From sequence record SRR20825019_968: DNA of 37,691 nucleotides, one strand, 5' to 3'. Position 1 is the stretch's first letter. The number at the start of each line of letters is the position of its first letter. The notes under the pieces were generated by a model, which saw only the letters and a list, made by a program, of their open reading frames with translations, was not told the origin of the DNA and did no database searches. Position numbers and translations under genes: made by a program. Of this stretch, positions 37,662 through 37,691 are shown in pieces.

Positions 37662-37691
37662 CAGACTACCAGACTACCAGACTACCAGACT
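37662..37691. repeat. Tandem 8-bp repeat (CAGACTAC)n, truncated by the window end
   Basis: cagactac x3 + cagact, perfect copies. Confidence 0.9.

Noticed and set aside
37662..37691. Start of a CRISPR array
   Set aside because: The unit is 8 bp and head-to-tail with no spacers, and no cas genes are in the window

Overview
Gene-dense chromosomal window from a Bacteroidota bacterium, most likely Flavobacteriales. The evidence is a T9SS C-terminal sorting domain, TAnnTTTG -7 promoter boxes, A-rich translation starts without Shine-Dalgarno motifs, and the purK / hpt-adk / obgE gene order. In order it holds: the 3' end of a DinB-like gene; a T9SS-secreted subtilase; a minus-strand run (PTPS, unknown membrane protein, BCP peroxiredoxin, MepA-like peptidase, PrcB-like lipoprotein); a 1426-aa propeller/7TM/PAS/PP2C sensor phosphatase; purK divergent from an HPRT-adenylate kinase fusion, obgE, a PAP2 phosphatase and fluC; an acyltransferase; ddl; an AT-rich TPR-LytS/LytTR module with two small target-like genes; dacB; a short GT4-wza-wzc-rfbC-wecA-like polysaccharide cluster; a lytic transglycosylase; uvrA; an EF-hand lipoprotein; and a divergent pair of an OmpA-domain protein and an unknown secreted Cys-motif/MORN protein. 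It ends with a terminator and an 8-bp tandem repeat. I saw no rRNA, tRNA, CRISPR array, transposase, integrase or recognisable defence system. Most of the window is housekeeping, and no clearly novel system can be proven from the sequence alone. The best leads are the ECF-like divergent OmpA / Cys-MORN locus, the 7TM PP2C sensor, the HPRT-ADK fusion and the subtilase-PrcB pairing.
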